This document shows, piece after piece, positions 24,246-37,658 of a stretch of 64,000 nucleotides of DNA. Source of the DNA: Octopus vulgaris. Lineage: Eukaryota. Position numbers and translations under genes: made by a program. The stretch is from contig OX597815.1 in NCBI GenBank assembly GCA_951406725.2, positions 87,048,001-87,112,000 of the forward strand. The letters are read 5' to 3'. The notes beneath the pieces were generated by a model, which was not told where the DNA came from, ran no database searches, and worked only from the letters and a program-made list of their open reading frames with translations. Numbering within the stretch: the stretch's first letter is position 1; each line of letters begins with the position of its first letter.

Positions 24246-24622
24246 CTCTTTACTCTTTTACTTGTTTCAGTCATTTGACTGCGGCCATGCTGGAGCACCG
24301 CCCTTAGTCGAGCAAATCGACCCCAGAACTTATTCTTTGTAGGCCTACTACTTATTCTATCGATATCTGTTGCCGATCCGCTAAGTTACGGGCAGGTAAA
24401 CACACCAGCATCGGTTGTCAAGCGATGGTGGAGGGACAAACAGACACACAAACATATACATATATGTACGATGGGCTTCTTTCCGTGTTCGTTTACCAAA
24501 TACACTCACAAGGCTTTGGTCCGCCCGAGGCTATAGTAGAAGACACTTGCCCAAGATGCCACGCAGTGGGACTGAACCCGGAACCATGTGGTTAATAAGC
24601 AAGCTACTTACCACACTGCCAT
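24246..24622 (-). mobile_element. SINE family A, full length
   Basis: Reverse complement of TGGCAGTGTGGTAAGTAGCTTGC…GGGTTCAGTCCC…TTGGGCAAGTGTCTTCTAC…GACTGAAACAAGTAAAAGAG. Confidence 0.9.
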
Positions 24623-24979
24623 ATATAGACATCATCGATGTTACATACTTACTGGTAGGTGTTTTGTTTACGCGCTCATTAGCTGCGGGATAGGGTAGGG
24701 GCAAAAGACTCTTTAAGACACCGAGTGTTAAAAAACATTGAATTTCTCAAGCAGAGAAATATCGATATCAATTACTCTCGGTTACCTAAGGGGTGAGTTG
24801 TCTCTCTTTCAGGTCTAAACAGTGGGTAAAGCGAAGATGGCATGTTCAAAATTCCGCATCTGTAGTCAATTGATTATAACGGTTGACAAAATAACCATAC
24901 AAGGCTTCCTACCTCTCTATATTCACTTGCTTTAGTTCCAGGCTTTGAAGCATCTCAAGTCAAGCAGTAACAATTTCTC

Positions 24980-25212
24980 ATGTATATACATAATATGCAT
25001 GTGCATATATGTGTATATGTGTGTGATTGTGCTTGTGTTATATATATATATATATATATATATGAATGTATGTATATATTTATGTATATATGTATATATG
25101 TATATATGTATGTATATATATATATATATATGTATGATGTATGCATATATGTATATATATATGTATATATATATACATACATACATACATAAATACATAC
25201 ATACATACATTC

Positions 25213-25244
<32 letters not shown>

Positions 25245-25368
25245 CAAGCTCAATCACACACACATACGCATATACCCACACGCATATGTATATATATATG
25301 TATATATGTATATATGTATATATATGTATATATATATATATAAATATGTATATGTATGTATGTTTGTG

Positions 25369-25428
<60 letters not shown>

Positions 25429-25541
25429 TGTCTGTATATACATATATATATATGTATGTTTGTATATCTATATATATATATATGTAAGTTTGTATATCTA
25501 TATCTATATATATATATGTATGTATGTATGTATGGATGGAT

Positions 25542-25616
<75 letters not shown>

Positions 25617-25619
25617 TAC
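24980..25619. repeat. (TA)n/(TATG)n/(GATA)n compound microsatellite
   Basis: Direct inspection. Confidence 0.95.
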
Positions 25620-25849
25620 ATAAAATACAAAATGGGACAAGAACGCAAAACATCCCATTTTGTATTTTATACATATATAGCGACGTACGTACGCTTTGCT
25701 AGTGTGTGTGGGGTGGTGTGATGTGGTGTGGTGTGTGAGTTGTGGTGTGTGGTGTGGTGTAGTGGTGTTGGGGTGTTGGGGAGGCGAGAGTGGAGGAAGT
25801 AAGGGTGGATCTAAGGGATGGGGTGGGGTGGGATGAGATGTATAGAGAT

Positions 25850-26222
25850 GGTGAGGTTGGATAAGGGGATATCCACTTAGGATAAAGTGGAGAGCCATGA
25901 GTTGAGACTGAGTCATGGTTGTCACTGCAGAGCCTGCGTAGACGGAGGAATTGGGAATGGATCATGGAGAGCTTGGTGTGCTTAGGGTGGGAGGAGGAGA
26001 AGTTGATGTATGAGTGTGAGTCTGTGTGCTTGTAGTGGATGGAGGTAGTGAAAGTGGAGTGATGAATGCTGACCGAAATGTCGAGAAAGGCGACTGAGGT
26101 ATCGGAAATAGCGCAGAAATGGAGGGCAGGATGGAAATATTTGACAAAAGAGAAGAAGAAGTGTAGATGTTCGCAGGAGAGTGGGGTCGCACCGATACAG
26201 TCGTCAATATAACGACTGGTGT
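25850..26222 (-). pseudogene. Penelope-like reverse transcriptase fragment
   Basis: RYIDDCIG…FHPALHF…VAFLDISV…[39 protein letters not shown], a diagnostic PLE RT core/thumb; followed by GT-rich DNA and an 18-bp terminal hairpin at 25620-25670. Confidence 0.9.
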
Positions 26223-27634
26223 ATATATAATTGCGTATGTGTGTGTGTGTGTGTGTGTACGTGCAGTTGTCTAATTGTAGTTGTTCTTTACTCTCATACG
26301 AGCTCCTATAAAGCAGACACGTATGCATTGGTACTCAAACCATGAGCGTCTCGTCTTTTTAAGACACTGTGCTACTAGATCCTGGTTATTCAGTGTGTAC
26401 TACCTTTTTAATAGAGCAGATTCTGAATTGAGGGAAATATTGCTGCTATTTTTAGGCACTATGCAATGATGATCACGTTATCTAATATGTTCTTTTTCGA
26501 TAACACTAGCTATTATTAATTGCCAATTTGAAGCTGTTTTTAAAACGTTAAAAAACAGCTTATGAACTCCCACTTTAGTACGCATAGTAGTATGTTTCAT
26601 ACATAGGTGAACAAATCTGTTTCCTTAATTTAATCAATATTTAGTTTTACAAATGTATAAAAGTCTATTTATATGTATATATATTTAATTTATTTCGTTG
26701 CTAATTATAAAATAGGTTTTATTTTGGGGGAATTTTAAAAATATTTTTTTGTTCAGTTGTTCCCACCACCCAGATATTTTTATGATTGTGTCTGCAAGAG
26801 ACAATTCTATCAACTTTTTTATTTGCTGACATACTTAAAATATATAACTCAATGTATCGCTTTCTATGACGTTTCTCGATGAGAAATTGAAAGGAAATTA
26901 AAAACAAAAGAGCATTACACAAAAAGAAAATATCAGAAACAATGCAAAAATACTCACTACGGAAGAGATTTTAAAATAAATGAACATAGATTTAAAATGA
27001 ATGGAAATACCTTTAAGAAAAAGTATTTAATATAATAAAATAATATATTATGATAAAACTATTTTCGCTGAAAGAATTGTTGTCTGACGAAAGATAGGTT
27101 TTCTTTTCAAAAATTTGTAACAAATCACACACTCATAAAAGGAACCAGAAAATATATAAAGATATGGACAACAATGCTTTTCACAGATTTTGTAGATTGA
27201 ATCTAGAGTAAAGAGAATTAAGTACGAAGCTGAGTGAATTTCGATATTCAGTAGCGAAGAAGGCTAGGTTGAGTTGGCGTGGTTTGAAATAAGAATCAAA
27301 TAACAATAAATTCAAATCAACAAATTGGCAACAAATGCAATGTGATGGGAGAGAGAGTGAGGGTTAGAAAGCAATATTTCAAACATTACCACACCAAATA
27401 AGATTTTCTGAAGGAGACAATCATTTACATCTTCAAACCCCAACCCTCACCACATATATACACGACTTCGACGTTGCTTTTTGCTTTTGCTTGTTTGTAT
27501 TTATCAATTTATCAACAACAGAAGGATGAAGGCGAAGTTCACGCTTTACTATTTAATTTGTGAAGCAATAAAAAAAATTAAAACAAAATGGAAAGAAAAA
27601 GATACGAGGAATTTTTTTCTGTATTTGCATTATT

Positions 27635-27945
27635 TTAGCACTCCGAATGAAATGATTTGCATTATTTCGTCTGCCACTAAGTTCTGAGTTCAAATTCCGC
27701 CGAGGTCCACTTTGCCTGTCATCCTTTCGGGGTCGATAAATTAAGTACCAGTTACGCACTGGGCTCGATATAATCGACTTAATCCGTTTATTTGTACTTG
27801 TTTGTCCTCTCTGTGTTTAGCCCCTTGTGCGTAGTAAAGAAATAGGTATTTCGTCTGCCGCTACGTTCTGAGTTCAAATTCCGCCGAGGTCGACTTTGCC
27901 TTTCATCCTTTCGGGGTCGATTAAATACGTACCAGTTACGCACTG
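27635..27945 (+). mobile_element. SINE family B dimer
   Basis: Same core and linker (…CTCTGTGTTTAGCCCCTTGTGCGTAGTAAAGAAATAG|GTATTT) as 20538-21302. Confidence 0.85.
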
Positions 27946-28527
27946 GTACGTATAAGTATTTCGTTCTTATAAGTATTTCGTTCGTCTTTATGTTTCGAGT
28001 TTAAATAAGTACCAGTTAGACAGTGTGATAAATGTAATCGACTAGCACCGTCGCACTAAATTTCAAGTGAAGAAGATTCTTTGGTGAAAAAGATTCTGTT
28101 TTAAATTCAATAGTAACACCTTTATTAATATGTCTATGTGTACAGTGAGAGAGTGGGAAGAAACAACAACCAAACAAACATACGTAGGAAACAGAGAGAG
28201 AGAGAGAGAGAGAGATGTAGCACATGTATCTTAGAAACTAAATTTTGGAACCAATAGGTTGCTAATACTTCGAAGTTTCGTTTTGTTCGCTTTCGTTTAA
28301 CTGACAAACGCAAGCAAGACGAAATATCTAAGTCACTGTCCATGTTTTGTTTTCTTGTAAAAGTTTAATAAACGTTTGAATTAAACAGTATTGAGTAATC
28401 TTTAAAGTTTAAAGTTAATTATTTATACAAACACACACACAAATATATAACTGGATATAAAAAATATATATATGCATATAATGTATATAAATATGTATAT
28501 ATGCATGTATATACATATTTATATACA

Positions 28528-29660
<1,133 letters not shown>

Positions 29661-29661
29661 G

Positions 29662-30125
29662 TGTGGAGGCGCAAGGGCAGTGGACTCGCGGTCGTAGGAT
29701 CGCGGTTTCGGTTCCCAGACCGGGCATTGTGAGTGTTTATTGAGCGAAAACACCTAAAGCTCCACGAGGCTCCGGCAGGAGGTGGTAGTGAACCCTACTG
29801 TACATTTTCACCACAACTTTCTCTCACTCTTTCTTCCTATTTCTGTTGTACCTGCATTTCAAAGGGCCAGCCTTGTCCCACTCTGTGTCACGCTAAATCT
29901 CCCCGAGAACTGCGTTAAGGGCACACGTGTCTGTGGAGTGCTCAACCACTTGCACGTTAATAAATGAGCTGCGACGTCACTGGGGCCAAACTGTATCGGC
30001 CTTTGCCTTTCCCTTGGATAACATCGGTGGCGTGGAGAGGGAAGGCTGGTATGTGTGGGTGACTGTTGGCCTTCCATAAAAAATCTTTCCCAGACGTGTG
30101 TCTCGGAGGGTAACCTTTAAGGTGA
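29662..30125 (+). mobile_element. Chimeric tRNA-derived SINE
   Basis: Distinct tRNA-like head (GGACTCGCGGTCGTAGGATCGCGGTTTCGGTTCCC), family C body 29845-29960, then the tail of the 14829 element from 29961. Confidence 0.75.
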
Positions 30126-30160
30126 CCGAAGAGGGTCACAATATATATATATTATATATG

Positions 30161-30221
<61 letters not shown>

Positions 30222-30299
30222 TGTATATATTTATTATATATAAATCCACTCACAAGGCTTTGGTGGGCCCGAGGCTATAGTAGAAGACACTTGCCCAAA

Positions 30300-30915
30300 T
30301 TTAACCATGTCATAGAATATTATATTTAGTACTTACTATTCATATTCAAAGATGTCGACTACACATGTTTCATGAGGTTGTTTTTGAGACGCGTAGTCTC
30401 TTACAGAAACTTCCCTTATATATAACTCAAATCTTCAGGTCCGCCTACACCCCGTTTATAATTTTGTCTATCATTATATATTTCAACTTTCAAGGTATAT
30501 CAAACTATACAGATGTATAAATAAATTCCTAGTATGTCAAAACATATAAATATGTAAATAAATTCATAATTAATTAAGAATTAAATGTGAATCACGCTTT
30601 AAAAATATATATATATAAATGAAAAATATATACTAATGGGAAAATATATACGAATGCGGAAAAAATATATACTAATGAGAAGAAAATATAAAATTATAAG
30701 AATAAAAAGTAAAAAGATATATATATATCCAAATGAAGAGGATGCTTAAGAAACGAATGGAAACTAATACGAATGACAAAAATTTTGGTGAATGTTACGC
30801 GAAAAACACGAATGAAGATATGAAACGATATGAAAAAATATATGGAAAAATTGAACTTAATATTCTTAAGTTGAATATCTCATCCCTGTGACGCCGAAAT
30901 TGATATTCTCTTATT
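30300..30915 (-). mobile_element. PLE 3' end: possible endonuclease C-terminus, AT-rich UTR and hammerhead (30356-30442)
   Basis: Minus strand GAC CUGAAGA …long stem II with inner GAGAC/GUCUC… GAAA CAUGUG UA GUC; REYQFRRHRD near 30880-30910 resembles the terminal CRH motif of PLE GIY-YIG domains. Confidence 0.6.
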
Positions 30916-30925
30916 ATTATAAAAA

Positions 30926-30929
<4 letters not shown>

Positions 30930-30969
<40 letters not shown>

Positions 30970-30973
30970 TATA

Positions 30974-31043
<70 letters not shown>

Positions 31044-31069
31044 TATATATATTATATATATTATATATC

Positions 31070-31119
<50 letters not shown>

Positions 31120-31300
31120 TATATATACATATTATATAATATATATTATATATATATCATTTATTTATTATATATATCATTTATATATGTATTATATCAA
31201 TAATATTATTTATACATATATTATATAAATAATATTATTTATATATATATTATATATATTGTTTATATATATATATATATATAATTATATACATATTATT

Positions 31301-31350
<50 letters not shown>
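30930..31350. repeat. Interrupted (TA)n tract
   Basis: Direct inspection. Confidence 0.95.
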
Positions 31351-31351
<1 letters not shown>

Positions 31352-31353
<2 letters not shown>

Positions 31354-31665
31354 GTTACCATCACTAGTGACCACTCCGAACACCACGATGTTCACTGGAT
31401 GATTGACTTTTATCACTCTCGGTACGTGTCCTCAGATTGACACCCAAACTCTCTGAAATGCTCGTATTGGGGCTACCGGTGCGAATGCCGAGCAGTACAG
31501 CATGCCGTTTCCAAATTTTTGGCAGAGGGAATTGCGTCATCGTGGGGTTTTTTTCACAGACGGGGCCCAACTGACCCTACTATACTGTATAGTTGACAAA
31601 ATCCCAAACAAATAATGCGCATGTTCGAAATTAAAACCATAATATGGCGACAATTTATCCATCGC

Positions 31666-31671
<6 letters not shown>
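31352..31671 (-). mobile_element. Internally deleted Tc1/mariner-superfamily element (maT/DD37D-like)
   Basis: TIR-like end TAGGGTGCGATGGATAAATTGTCGCC; HTH start KRHAVLLGIRTGSPNTSISESLGVNLRT fused to NHPVNIVVFGVVTSDG (K.HP.SVMV.GVV.SDG motif). Confidence 0.65.
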
Positions 31672-31744
<73 letters not shown>

Positions 31745-31933
31745 TATATAATTAGGGCTTAGTAAAATAAATTACTTTGCCACATACTGAACTTAGTAGA
31801 AACAGCAGCCAAAAGAAATTTTTTTTAGCCATTTCTACTACTTAAAGAAAATTTCTCTCAGATAATGTTTACTCCAGACAGCTCACGAAGGTTTGGAGGT
31901 AAATCCAGAAAAATATCACAAGTACATAGATCG

Positions 31934-31996
31934 TTTGAGTACGTCAACGTTTCAAGATTAGCCAAATAAAATCAGCATTTCTTTCGTCAGCTCAAA
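31934..31996 (-). ncRNA. Type I hammerhead ribozyme, core intact
   Basis: UUUGAG CUGACGA AAGA…UCUU GAAA CGUUGACG UA CUCAAA. Perfect 6-bp stem I, self-complementary stem III, GUA triplet; lies in a module (31744-32115) bounded by TA repeats. Confidence 0.85.
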
Positions 31997-32122
31997 ATTT
32001 CTTAATTTGGATTTGGAAACACTAAAAAGAAGGAACTTTACCTCTCGGCGAACTTGTCGCTTCAAATGAACCAGCTCCAACTGCTAGTGCCAACAAATTC
32101 AAAATGCGCAGGCGTATATATA

Positions 32123-32343
32123 CACGAGAGCGTACTGAAAAGTTCCTGACTATAAGGGTGTCGGTAAAGACATGGTTGGAAGCCCAACCTTCCGAATTCT
32201 TTTACGGGGCTTAGAAAAACTGAAGCACCGCTGCAATAAGTGTGTGAATTTGAGAGGGGAAGATGTTCAATAAAATCATAATTAACTCATCCTCCTGTAT
32301 TTTCTTTTATGCAGAGCCAGAAACATTTTAGCATCGCCTCGTA
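32123..32343 (+). mobile_element. Mariner deletion derivative (MITE)
   Basis: TIRs CGAGAGCGTACTGAAAAGTTCCTG / CAGAAACATTTTAGCATCGCCTCG-TA; retains transposase C-terminus GLEKLKHRCNKCVNLRGEDVQ*. Confidence 0.8.
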
Positions 32344-32352
32344 TATATATGC

Positions 32353-32396
<44 letters not shown>

Positions 32397-32568
32397 TAAG
32401 AAATAGGGAGGAGAATTTCGATTATCCCCAAGAAAATACGAAATTACAATAATTTCGATGTCATGATTATCAAAATAGAAACCGGTCGACAAACACAATA
32501 CTCTTTCACTTATAAAATATATTTTAAAATATATTAAAACTATGTAAACTGTGTACATTTTCCATTTT

Positions 32569-32640
<72 letters not shown>

Positions 32641-33609
32641 AAATACTGTGCATTAAATAAAGAGTTCTTGTTCTGACGAATACCTGCTAGATATTTGAAA
32701 TGGCTTAAAGAGAGTCAGGCAGTTACTGATTTAAATTTGTTTTTCTACACTAATTAAAATGACATTTTCAATAGATAAAAAAGTATGAACTACAATGGAG
32801 TGTGCTATAATCTCGAACAATCATTACACATACATACGTTCTAGATTGCATCCGAAAGAAAGATATTCTCCTTACAAGCTTACTCTGCAACTCATTACAA
32901 CCTCTAACCACAGGATCGCTGCTTCTCTCAACTTATTTATAACTCCAAAGGCTTTTGCTCCTCTAAATGAGTTAATTGTATACCATCACCACTCAGCGCA
33001 TCAAACAAACCTGTCTCTCTTCCTCCCTCTCGTCTTACATTGTGTGTCTCTGTATCCTGCATTAACCATTTCATTCAACCTTTCTTCCTAATGCGTCAGC
33101 CCTCTGTAATTATCTCCCATGCAACTTAGGCTCCACTCGCAGATATTGAGGTCTCTTTTTCAATAGTGACGCTGATTATGAATTTCATCATTACTCCCAG
33201 GTTGATGTTCTCCATGCTAAATACACATACGTTAGCATGTAAATTTGCAGAACATCGCCCACACAAACACACATCAGATTCTGTCGTAATATATGTTGTA
33301 ACAGAAATTGCATTCATCAATGAGAAATAAGTCGATACAAAGTAGAATAAATCATATATAGCAAAATATTAGTCTCCATGACTGGTACTGACAATACTCT
33401 GAGTTTAATCAGCTTCTTCCTCAAAGATATCATTCCAAATACATCCATCAAGCACAAGGGCTACTCACATGCAATTCATTTAAACATCCTTGTTGTTAAT
33501 GATCACTTCTTGTCATCATACGCAATAGATGTAGACAGCTGAATCACTTCTCCCACATCAGTAATATTGCAATAAGTAGTGCAGATCGAATTTTTTGGCA
33601 CTGTCCATC

Positions 33610-34212
33610 CCAAATCCTTTTATCGAAAGTCAAGTCATCGAAAGCCTTTTTATCGAATGATATTCCATTGAATGACATTTTTATCGAATGATCCTTCATT
33701 GAACGATTTTTATTTGAAGCGACTTTTCGTTGAATATTTCTATAAAAATATTGTTTCGTGAAATAACTTTTAATAAAAGACAATTTTAAATATAGAATAA
33801 TTTTTTAATATAAGTGCTCCTTATCGCAGATATATTTTTAAATATACTATTTGGTAAAATGGTTTTAAATAAAGGACAATTTTAAATATAGAATAATTTT
33901 CAATATAAAAATTGTTTAAATCGTTAGAAAACTTAATTAAAAACATTAAGCTCACTTTTAAATTTGTAAAGGCTAATCAATTGGTCTATTTGTATTTTGA
34001 ATATATACGTATGTATATGTGTAGTGTGTGTGCGTGTATGTCTGTATTTATGCGTGACAATTTTAAATATAGAGTAATTTTCAATAAGTAGAAAAATAGA
34101 ATTTTATCCGAAAATTTTGTAACAAAATAAAAACATTCATACAACTTCAAAATTCGTTTAGGCTTATCAATGAGTCTATTGGTATTTTGAATGGACAGGC
34201 AGACAGACAGGT

Positions 34213-34251
<39 letters not shown>

Positions 34252-34745
34252 TAGGAAGAGAGAGAGATGCGTGCATAATTCACTATACATGTATTAATGC
34301 GTGTGCGTGTGTACGTGGGTGTGCGTGTGTGCGTGGGTGTACGTGTGTGGCAATGAGGGAAATTTACGTATGCATGGGTATAAAAAATTGTGTGGATGTT
34401 TTATTCATTAATTTCAATTTATAATGTTAGAACGTTCTACACATTATATACGTATTTCTTTATTATTTTCAGCCATAAATGATCAGAATATTTTCATTGG
34501 TTGGAAATAGTCGACTATTTGCAATCAATTTTCCTATGTATGAAATCATTTTACAAAATAATATATCTTAAAAATATTTGCGATCTATAGCCCATGATTT
34601 ATATTTAAAATTATTCTGTATTTAAAAATGTTCTAAAGATTCGATAAAAATCGTTCTCTGAAAATATGTTTCAATAAGATGTTGATTCGATAAAAAAAAA
34701 AACGGAAACCGTTTGCAGAAAAGTTGTTTGGATAAAATCAAAACA
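33610..34745. mobile_element. Possible foldback-type element with modular 15-bp subterminal repeats
   Basis: TYGAA recurs at 33623, 33638, 33653, 33668, 33684, 33699, 33714, 33730; inverted TTCGATAAAA motifs at 34640 and 34686. Confidence 0.45.
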
Positions 34746-35083
34746 ACTAAAACAAGGAAAAGAATAAAAGAATAAAGCATCATACGTTAGTAAACACCAA
34801 CTTGAGGTCGGAAAAAACACCAGATCACCGAGTGCCATCGGAGCACAGAGCTCTCTGAAAACACATAGACAGACATTTAAAAGAGAACGGAAGATAAAGT
34901 CAATGCAATGTAAATAGTATCACGATCGCTCTCGCCGCGAGTGATAAGTGTCTCGATTCTCACGAGTTGATTGGTATTTAGCAAAGTACATTGCTGCTGA
35001 TATTTAACAAAGTATAATGTTCTTTTATTGTTTTCTTGATAACAGACATCAACGTGATATTTTTGCCTCTTCGTGCCGATCGT

Positions 35084-35273
35084 TTTACTCTTTTACTTGT
35101 TTCAGTCATTTGACGGCTGCCATGCTGGAGTACCGCCTTTAGTTGAGCAAATCTATCCCAGGACTTATTCTTCGAAAGCCTAGTATTTATTCTATCGGTC
35201 TCATTTTGCCGAACCGCTAGTTACGGGGCACGTAAACACACCAGCATCGGTTGTCAAGCGATGGTGGGGGGGA

Positions 35274-35329
<56 letters not shown>

Positions 35330-35475
35330 CGACGAGCTTCTTTCAGTTTCCGTCTACCAAATCCACTCACAAGGCTTTGGTCGGCCCGAGGCTGTAGTAG
35401 AAGACACTTGCCCAAGGTGCCACGCAGTGGGACTGAACCCGGAACCATGTGATTTGTAAGCAAGCTACTTACCAT
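35084..35475 (-). mobile_element. SINE family A, full length
   Basis: Near-identical to 24246-24622. Confidence 0.9.
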
Positions 35476-35831
35476 AAAATATTTGTTACCATCATTCTAA
35501 CTAAAAAGTGATGCACCACGTTCTAGATTACTGAAAAACATTCTTCCAGCAATCATTATTTTATAATTTACACAGGTATCACTTCCATTTTGCTCGCAAC
35601 ATTTTGACTTATGCAAATCAGGAATGAGCAATCTTTTACCTAGTAGCACTAATTATGACATAATGCTCTCCACAACTCAGTTAAGAGTTATATATTACAT
35701 AAAGTAGATCCTTGAAAACTTAACAATAAAAATGTGAACAAATGAAAGAAGCAAACAAAGCGATTGGTCAAATAAAGAGATTTTAGTAAAAAGTTGATGT
35801 GTGTGTGTGTGTGTGCACATATGTTATAAAT

Positions 35832-35990
35832 GCGGGCATGGCTGTGTGGTTAAGGAGCTTGTTGTATTGCTTTGCAACCACTTGGTTTCTGGTTCAGTGC
35901 CACATTGTGGCACCTTGGATAAGTGTCTTTTATTATAACCCCAGATCTAACTATGTTTTTTTAATGGACTTGGTAAATGGAAACTGTGTG
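35832..35990 (+). mobile_element. SINE family A head, decayed
   Basis: GGCATGGCTGTGTGGTTAAG…GGCACCTTGGATAAGTGTCTT. Confidence 0.7.
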
Positions 35991-36739
35991 AACTTCAAGT
36001 TTCTGCGTCAACGATATGATGGCCGAGTGTCTGTAATGGATGATGCTAAGGGCGCCGGACTTGCGAGAGTTGAAGAAGAGCAGCGACCATAGTACCATTG
36101 ACGAAGAAAGTTGAAGTCTTGTATGTGAGTTTCTATAATTGCATCATTCTATAAATATAGCCTCCTATTTCGATCAATACTGAGATTTGCCTCTTTTGTC
36201 GTCACATGCGAATTGCTGATACCTTTGTACATGCATATATGTGTGTGTATGTGCATAAATATATATATATATGCATGTGTGTCTATGTGTGTGTCTGTGT
36301 GTGCGTAATCATTAGCACATAGATACACATACGCATACATGCACACACACACACAAACACACACACTGTTCTGACGAGAGGCATTGACACTCTTGTGGGA
36401 ATGGACTAACCGAACTTTTATAAAAAGTTGCGTATTGGTTGAGATGACAGAGAAGTCATGGAAGTCGTTGAGAGTAAGTGAAAGTCGTAGGAAGTCGTTG
36501 AGATCATTGAGAATTTGTATTTATTGGCGTATCTTGTTTAGTTGAGTAATTTGAAGTACGTTGTGTGAAGACAGTTGTGTCTGTCTCCGCTTCGTGAAAT
36601 CTGTATATCAAACGTATAGAAGAATACAAAAGTGACGATGAGGATATCCACTTAAAAAAGTGGCGACGAGTTTATTGGAAGCTTACGTTGGATGTTAATA
36701 TTTTCTTACGATACAGAATCAAATAAAAAATTAATTAAC

Positions 36740-37600
36740 ATGGAAGACTTATTAGCGTCCGTGGTGTAGTTTCAACAGCAACAACAGTTACTGCAGCAAT
36801 TACGACAACAATGCCAACAGTTGTTGGAATTAGTGTTGAAGTTCAAAAATACTTCAGGTTCGTTCTCGCCAGACGGCGTAGCAAACGAAATTGCAGAATT
36901 TAGTTATAACCCAGAAGGTATTACTTTTTTATGCATATTTCCGAAGATATAAAAGATCTTCAAAGACGGACAATGAAATGATACAACTACTTTTAAGATA
37001 ATTATCCCCTGCCGAACTCGAAAAATACTGTAACTACATTCCACAAAAAAAAAACATGTGAAATTTGTTTCGATGAAGCAATTCAATTGTTATCAAAACT
37101 TTTGAGTGAGAAAAGTTCCCTGTTCAATACTCGCAGGGAATATCTGAATTTAGTAAAAGAAAGATGATGAAGATTTTGACATCTATGCCGGAATCGTCAA
37201 TAGAGACTGCGAAAAATTCAAACTAGAAGAATTAAACCCGGACATGTTCAAATGTCTAATTTTTGTTCAAGGATTAACTGCAAGCAAAGATGCAGAGATG
37301 CGTGCCAGGATATGGACAAAATTGGAACAGGACAAGAATTTGACTCTGCAGGCAATGGCAGAGGAATGTCAAAGAATTATTGATCTTCGACACGACGCAA
37401 ATAAAATCGAAGAAAATTATTACTCTCACATACATACGTGTGGACCTGTAACGGTTAAGGAAGAGGGAAAATGAAGGTCAAGACCCAATCCATGCTATGG
37501 GTGCGAAGGTCTACATTTTAGAAATAACTGTCCGTTTAAAAATGTTTAATGTTTTAACTGTCAAAAAAATCGGACATAAAAACTCACATTGCAGAGTAAA
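36740..37600 (+). pseudogene. gag: Gypsy gag remnant
   Basis: EFSYNPEGITF…YFRRY, FKCLIFVQGLTASKDAEMRARIWTKLEQ, double knuckle CYGCEGLHFRNNC / CFNCQKxGHKNSHC; stops and frameshifts. Confidence 0.8.
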
Positions 37601-37658
37601 AAAGGTCGAACGAATATAATCCTGGAATGGTTTTTCAAAAGGAAGCCTTGACGAGGCT

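Noticed and set aside
27080-27123. Hammerhead-like UUGU CUGACGA AAGA…UCUU…GUA ACAA
   Set aside because: The essential GAAA is absent and there is no TA-flanked module; probably chance.
32665-32712. CTGACGA…GAAA pair
   Set aside because: No convincing stem III or stem I.
33610-33735. 15-bp periodic motif as a CRISPR-like array
   Set aside because: Conserved part is only about 5-9 bp and spacing is far too short.
35995-36125. Possible exon (FLRQRYDGRVSVMDDAKG…)
   Set aside because: No clear acceptor; resembles a decayed mariner DGR.SV.DD motif; too weak to call.
36367-36400. CTGACGA at the LTR start as a ribozyme
   Set aside because: No GAAA partner, and the 3' LTR reads GTGGCGG at this position.
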